Shown here: in pieces, positions 56,266 through 64,000 of the stretch
Position numbering within the stretch: position 1 is the first letter of the stretch
Layout: each line of letters starts with the position of its first letter
NCBI RefSeq assembly: GCF_009914755.1
Contig: NC_060946.1
Length of the DNA stretch: 64,000 bases
DNA from: the human T2T-CHM13v2.0 reference genome, Homo sapiens
Reading direction: 5' to 3' (one strand)
Notes under the pieces: generated by a model
What the model saw: only the letters and a program-made list of their open reading frames with translations
Database searches by the model: none
Told to the model about the DNA's origin: nothing
Program-made: the position numbers and the translations under genes

Positions 56266-57562
56266 GGCCAGACACAGTGGCTCATGTCTCTAATCTCAGC
56301 ACTTTGGGAAGCCAAGGCAGGCCGATCACCTGAGGCCAGCAGTTTGAGACCAGCCTGGTCAACATGGTGAAAACCTGTCTCTACTAAAAATACAAAAAAT
56401 TAGCCGAGTGTGGTGGTGCACCCCTGTAATCCCAGCTACTGGAGAGGCTGAAGCAGGGGAATTGCTTGAACCCAGGAGACAGAGGCTGTAGTGTGTAGGG
56501 ACCAGCCCCACAGGGTCGGTGGGTCTCTCCCTGTGTGCGGTGACGAGAGAGTGTAGAAATAAAGACAAGACAAAAAGATAAGAGAAAAGACAGCTGGGCC
56601 AGGGGTACCACTACCACCAATGCGTGGAGACCGGTAGTGGCCCCGAATGTCGGGCTGCGCTGTTATTTATTGGATACAAGGCAGAAGGGGCAGGGTAAAG
56701 AATGTGAGTCACCTCCAATGATAGGTAAGGTCACGTGGGTCACGTGTCCACTGGACAGGAGTCCCTTCCCTGCCTGGCAGCCGAGGCAGAGAAGGAGAGG
56801 AGACAGAGAGAAAGACAGCTTACACCATTATTTCTGCATACCAGGGACTATTAGTATTTTCACTAATTTACTACTGCTATCTAGAAGGCAGAGCCAGGTG
56901 TACGGGATGGAACATGAAGGCAGACTAGGAGCGTGACCACTGAAGCACAGCATCACAGGGAGACGGTTAGGCCTCTGGATAACTGCAGGCGAGCCTGACT
57001 AATGCCAGGCCCTCCACAAGAGGTGGAGGAGCAGAGTCTTCTCTAAACTCCCCCGGGGAAAGGGAGACCCGCTTTCCCGGTCTGCTAAGTAGCGGGTGTT
57101 GTTCCTTGACACCTTTTGCTACCGCTGGACCACGGTCCGCCTGGTAACAGGCATCTTCCCAGATGCTGGCATCACCGCTAGACCAAGGAGCCCTCTGGTG
57201 GCCCTGTCCGGGCATAACAGAAGGCTCGCACTCTTGTCTTCTGGTCACACCTCACTATGTCCCCTCAGCTCCTATCTCTGTATGGCCTGGTTTTTCCTAG
57301 GCTATGATTATAGAGAGAGGATTATTATAACATTGGAATAAAAAGTAATTGCTACAAACTAATGATTAATGATATTCATATATAATCATATCTAAGATCT
57401 ATATCTGCTATAACTATTCTTGTTTTATATTTTATTATACTGGAACAGTTCGTGTCCTCTGTCTCTTGCCTTGGCGCCTGGGTGGCTTGCCACCCACAGT
57501 AGTGAGCCGAGATCACACCATTGCACTACAGAGTGAGACTCCATCTCAAAAAAAAAAAAAAA
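56266..57562 (+). mobile_element. AluS split by LTR13
   Basis: Alu 56266-56493 resumes at 57499; Alu TSD aaaagtatttct. Confidence 0.9.
56494..57498 (-). mobile_element. LTR13 (HERV-K HML-4) solo LTR, 1005 bp
   Basis: Minus strand begins TGTGGGTGGCAAGCCACCCAGGCGCCAAGGCAAGAG and ends GGTCCCTACA; 6-bp TSD GTAGTG typical of ERVK. Confidence 0.88.
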
Positions 57563-57769
57563 GTATTTCTGGTCTCTTCCCATCCAGCCCTGAGGGAAGC
57601 CGTGGGGCAGAGAGTTGCTTCTGGCTCATGCCGGCCGCCTCCTACCAGTGCGTCCTGTCTCGGCACTGGCCACCTGGTCAGAGGTGAGCGGCTCTGCCCA
57701 GGGGCTTGTCAGTCACCAGGGGAGGGGACTGTGGCATTGAGGACAATGGGTTGTGCTGCTAAGCCAGAG

Positions 57770-57833
57770 AGGCTGGCAGAGGGCACAAGGCTGGCAGGGG
57801 CACAAGGCTGGCAGAGGGCACAAGCCTGGCAGG
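57770..57833. repeat. 17-18 bp tandem repeat (ggcacaaggctggcag(a)g) x about 3
   Basis: Direct reading. Confidence 0.8.
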
Positions 57834-58858
57834 GCCAGACACCAGGGGGTCTGAGGCCAGGGCCAGAAGGGATGCTTCCCTCCCGCACTCATCCATCAGC
57901 CTCCTTGGCCTGCCCCAGGGGGTGTGTGCAGGTGCATGCAACGTCACCTCCTCCGAGAAGCCTGCCCTGACTCCCTTTCCTCCCTCCCACCTGAGGTGGC
58001 CATTCCCTTAGTGAGGAGATAATCTGACAACCTGGGTTCAAACGCTGGTTCCACCTCTTAGCTAGCTGTGGGTCCTGGGTACGATGCTCTGGGCCTGAGT
58101 TTCCTCATCCATAGAAGAGGGGTAATAGTACCACGGATCTCACGGAGTTACTATGATGAGCATGACACAAAATCCAGGTGCACCTCCTGCCCTCAGTGCC
58201 TACGACGTAGCGTGCTGTCACAGTACACGCCGTTATAATTCGTTATTAAAGCCACAATTGTCCTGTGCTACTCTGCTAGAGCTCTTCCTATTTTTGATTA
58301 TAAATTTATGTGTTTTGGCCACCAACCCAGAAACTTCCAGAAAGCAGGGACCATGAATCCCTCTGGAAAACAGTGTTAATTATAATCTTAGCAGTCACAG
58401 TGATTGTAACGCTAGCAGTTACTGTTTCTTGAACATCTACCCCATGCCAGGCGCTGTCCAGCATGTTCTGTGGAGACATTAATGGAATCGTCACAGCGAC
58501 CCTTCCAGGGAGGAGGTCTCATCCCCACTTCTCAGCCCTGCCCGAGGTCACAGAGCTGTCTGTGGTGTTAAGCTTGCTTCATCTGACCCTGTGGCCAATC
58601 CCCACATCCGCCACGCCATCTGTCTTCCACGAGGCTGCAGAGACTCAGTAAGTGTTGGATGGAATAATTGTTTATTTTTTGGTGGGGGCTGGGGGTGGGA
58701 GCCCAGTGTTTTAGATAATGAGAAAACAGATAAATTCCTGATAAACATGCTCCCAACAGGTCTACAGCGATGTGCTATAATATGTGTCCTTTAAGCTGTA
58801 AGAACTAACAGCAGAGCCCAGATGTGCAAGGCCCCCTCAATCTAAGCCCTTAATTATC

Positions 58859-59555
<697 letters not shown>

Positions 59556-60765
59556 TTAGCACAGAGCAAATGGAAAGTGTGCCTGGGACAGCACGAGGCT
59601 TGGAGGTTCTGCAGAGCTACCCCAGGCACCTGTTTCATTTGGTCCTCTGTGTGTGGCTCAGCTGTGACGTTGGAGCTCTGGCCTTCTTATTCCCACTTTA
59701 TAGGTGGGGAAACTGAAGCAGCAAGGGCGTGGCTCGGCCAAGGCCACACAGTGGGTCTGGGCCAGATCGGAGGCCTCTAATTAGGAGGTCTGGGCCCTAA
59801 TTGGTGTCCCCTCCCTTTGCCTAGAGTAGTGATTGGGCCCTGCCCCAATGGGTGCCAACCTGTTCGGGTGCCAGGGTGCCTGTTGGTTCAGAGGGTTGGG
59901 GATGGAGTTGTTTCATGTCCTGCTGACCCCTCCCCTCTTTCTTCCTACAGGTTGTGCTTCAGGCCCCCCTCTTCCCAAATGGCATCTGAGTCCTGCGGTG
60001 GGCTGTGGGCTCTCTCTATACTCATACCAAGCAGCTGTGGCTCCTCCATGGGATGTGGTCAGGCCCTGGGGCACCTGAGAACCCTGCCCCATGTCCAACC
60101 TCCTGTGGGGGCTGGCCCAGGGCTCCACAGCAAAACCCAGGCTGCCTCTGAGCCCTGCCAGAAGGTGGGCATCAGAGACGCTTCTGCAGGATGTGGAGAA
60201 GATGCAGGGATGGGGAGTCCCCAGGTCCCCGTGAACTGACTTCTCTCGGCTCCACACGACGCAGAGTCTCCGCTCCATGTCAGCCTCAAGGCTGAGACTG
60301 GTAAAGTATGATTTCTACCTCCTGCAGTCACAAACCCCTGTAAGAGTTTGAAGAAAGCCTCCGCGGGAAGGAGCATATTTGTCCCGACTCACAATGTTGG
60401 GACCACAGCGCCAGGGGAACCTGCGGGGCCAGTCTCCAAAGTCAGCCCAGAACCCCAGTCTGCAGTGAGTGGCTGGGACCTCGCCCCGGTAGACACACTT
60501 CTGGGTGTGTTTAAAGAACGCTGGGTGAAATTGACTCCTGTTTTTTCAGACAATCCTCTCTCCAACAGAAGATTATGGCAGTGGATGCCCTTCTGAAGAG
60601 GGAAGTGTCCAGAATGGTTGAATGGAGGGTGTCCCCATTTCCGCAGCGACTGTCCCTGCGTGAGTTCTTGAGTTGAACATGTGTCAACTGGATGTCACAA
60701 GGGTTCACTTGTCAGGGGGTTGGGGTGTCAGCAATGGGGTGTCGTTTGCCTTTAAAAAAATTTCA

Positions 60766-61123
<358 letters not shown>

Positions 61124-62103
61124 TCATTTTCCTATCTTAGATGGGCTCAGCTCTGCCCTCTGCCCAGGGGTGAACACCAAAGAGCTAGGACTGTGTCTTC
61201 AGCATAGTCTCCTTTTACAGTTGCAGAAACTGAACCAGCCAGATTAACTGTGATTAGCCAGTCAGTGTGGTGTGGACTTGGCATTCCACCTGGAGCCTTT
61301 CTGGAGACCTACTTGGTGAGGGAGAATGACGAGGGCTGGGGGAGGGGCCCAGAGAAGGGGCCGGGGTGGGGGCCATGGCTCAACCTGGAAAGCAGGGAGA
61401 GAGGATGAGGACCTGGCTGCCACTTGGCCACAGCTCTGGGCAGGGTTAAAAACACTCCCCGACTCCCTCCACCATGCTCAGGATAGAAATGAGCAGACTT
61501 TTCTGCATCCCGATGCCCAGCCTACCTGGGCCAGGTCTTTGGGGCTCCATCCTCTCCTTAATGGCAGGGGGGTGGTGGGGAGAAGCACCACTCCATACGC
61601 ATCTCAGGACCCAGCAGCTCTGCCAGGACAAGACCTTCGGAGGGTGCCTTATGAGGAGACATGGGCTGCATCCCACCAGGGGTGGGTACCACAGCTTCCA
61701 GCTGGAACCAGCCCTCAACAGGCCCATGCTTGGATGTGTGGGCAGGTTCTGTGCCGAGGAATAAAATTTCAGCTGCTAGCAACCCCAGGTCTGCACTGGA
61801 CTGCCAGGGGAGGCGGAGAGGGTCTTGTGGCCTAGGCATTACTTTGTAAATACCACGGAGGACAGCAGGTGTTGGGTGCAGCCCGGGAGGCTGAGCAGTG
61901 ATCTTATATATCACCATCCCCACATTGCTCCAAACCTGCATCCTCCGCCTAAGGTGACAGGGACCCTCAGTCACACACCTGCCTCTCCACTAAGCCCCGG
62001 ACATCAGAAACATAGTAAGGTGTCCCCTCCTTGGGGAAAAGATGGAGATGCACCAGTTGACTCCTCTTGTCACTTCGGTCCCTTGATGTGTTTGCACCTC
62101 TCA

Positions 62104-62637
<534 letters not shown>

Positions 62638-64000
62638 TCAGTGGGTGGTCAGTAGTGCCCCAGGCCCCTACCCTCAGCAGGTGCTCCTGCTCCTTCAAGG
62701 GAAGACCAGTCCTAGACCAGGGACTCCCTCCCTTTGACTTCTAGAAAACCTGCAAATGAGCCATTGTCCCACCCCCTTCCTGGCAAGACTGAGGGGCACC
62801 ATGCCCCTGCCCCCGTGCCCGCTGCCAATCCTCTACCCCTGCTGAGCCCCCTCCAGCCCTGACTCTCCCACCAGTATCATTAGCAACCCCCTGCCCTCTG
62901 CTTCTGCAGCCCTTCTGCCAGGAAGCTGCTTCACCACCAGGAGGCTGGGATCTCTCCTGTAGGCATCCTCCTTGCCCCTCTCCTCTGCTTCCAGACTGCC
63001 TCCTTCCCTCCTCCTGCAACCCACCACCTGCTTTGACTCACATGCCTACTGCACCATCCACACCTGTCCCTGTGGTTGACAACACCCTTTGATGACCTCA
63101 TCCCCTGGCTCCTTGCCTTTCTTTCTGCCCCTTTCGTGTCCCCATTCATGGAGACCTCAGCATCCACATCCTAGCCTCTCAGGCCTTGAGTTCTCAGATG
63201 ACCTTGCCCTCCAACCCACCCACTCCCACCCACCTTCGTGTCATACCTTCACTTGGTCACCACCGGTAACTCCTCTGCCCCCAGGATCTCATTACAATCC
63301 TCCCTCCCAGGACCCCCAGCTCTTCCTCTGCAGGAAAATCTTTCTCCTCTCCATTTAGGTTCTATAATCAAGGGCCTGCAAATTAACTGACAATAGACAG
63401 ATGAGCAGGAGAAAAGACAAGGCTTATCTACATATGCACAAAGGAGTTACTCAATAGTGAACACCCACAGGTTAAGGTTTATATACCAGCTTAACAAAGC
63501 ATGGCAGGGCTGGGAGAAGTTTGGAACTTCAGTGAGGAAGTATGGAAGGTTCCATGTTCTGGTAAGATTTCAAATGTTTTCACTTTAAAATCGTCTTTAT
63601 ACCCAAACTGTGAGCCCTTCACCAGAGATGCTCCAGCCCCTCTGACGCTCCAAGCCACTGGCTTTACAGGGCTCCTACAACCCACAGCTCCCCGAAAGCC
63701 CTCCCCTCCCTCCTTTCTCAGCTTACATTCATAGCCCCCATGACACCCTTGCCCCTGCAAACACCTTCAACTCTTCCATCCCTCTCTCCCTCAGTCATGC
63801 TACCTGCAAAAAATCCTAGCCCTCTCCAAGTATTCCATGCTGTCTTGAGAACAGGTGGAAGTTGCTGGAGAAAATAACACAACCCTGTTGGCTATCCTTC
63901 AGTGCATGACCACTGATCTCATGGGGCCCCTCAGTGCTGGTGGACAACCCCACTAAACTTCTTGGGTAAATCTGCTCTTTCTCCTTTCACCTTCTCCACC

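Noticed and set aside
58450-58459. RE1 right half-site GGCGCTGTCC
   Set aside because: No matching GGTGCTGA half nearby

Overview
Mammalian (human) genomic DNA. By recognition of the encoded proteins this is the SULT4A1-PNPLA5 interval of chr22q13.31; from recall, PNPLA3 lies beyond the right edge. The minus strand carries SULT4A1 exon 1 (ATG at 14966, CpG-island promoter; 1-14797 is intron 1) and the complete 9-exon PNPLA5 CDS (44452 to 33373). Reconstructed with canonical GT-AG junctions, that CDS is 1290 nt = 429 aa and has intact GXGXXG, GSSSG and DGA patatin motifs. The rest is mostly interspersed repeats: many Alus, L1 relics, a full-length THE1 provirus, solo LTR13 and LTR27/28-type LTRs with target-site duplications (TSDs), MER3, MER20, MER41, MER4, MER34 and MLT/MST. 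Nearly all other ORFs in the track are spurious. I see no new protein-coding system. The most interesting signals are regulatory. For SULT4A1: a near-perfect REST/RE1 site about 5.6 kb upstream of the ATG, a tandem triple CRE array, and a 5'UTR G-quadruplex with a GGC repeat and an in-frame upstream GTG. Elsewhere: a 3x40-bp AP-1/CACCC tandem repeat upstream of PNPLA5, a PNPLA5 poly(A) signal apparently supplied by an Alu tail, DUX4 sites in both THE1 LTRs, and an LTR13 nested in an Alu that carries a DR3/E-box/AP-1 cluster. Repeat subfamily names come from remembered consensus sequences, and repeat edges without TSDs are approximate.
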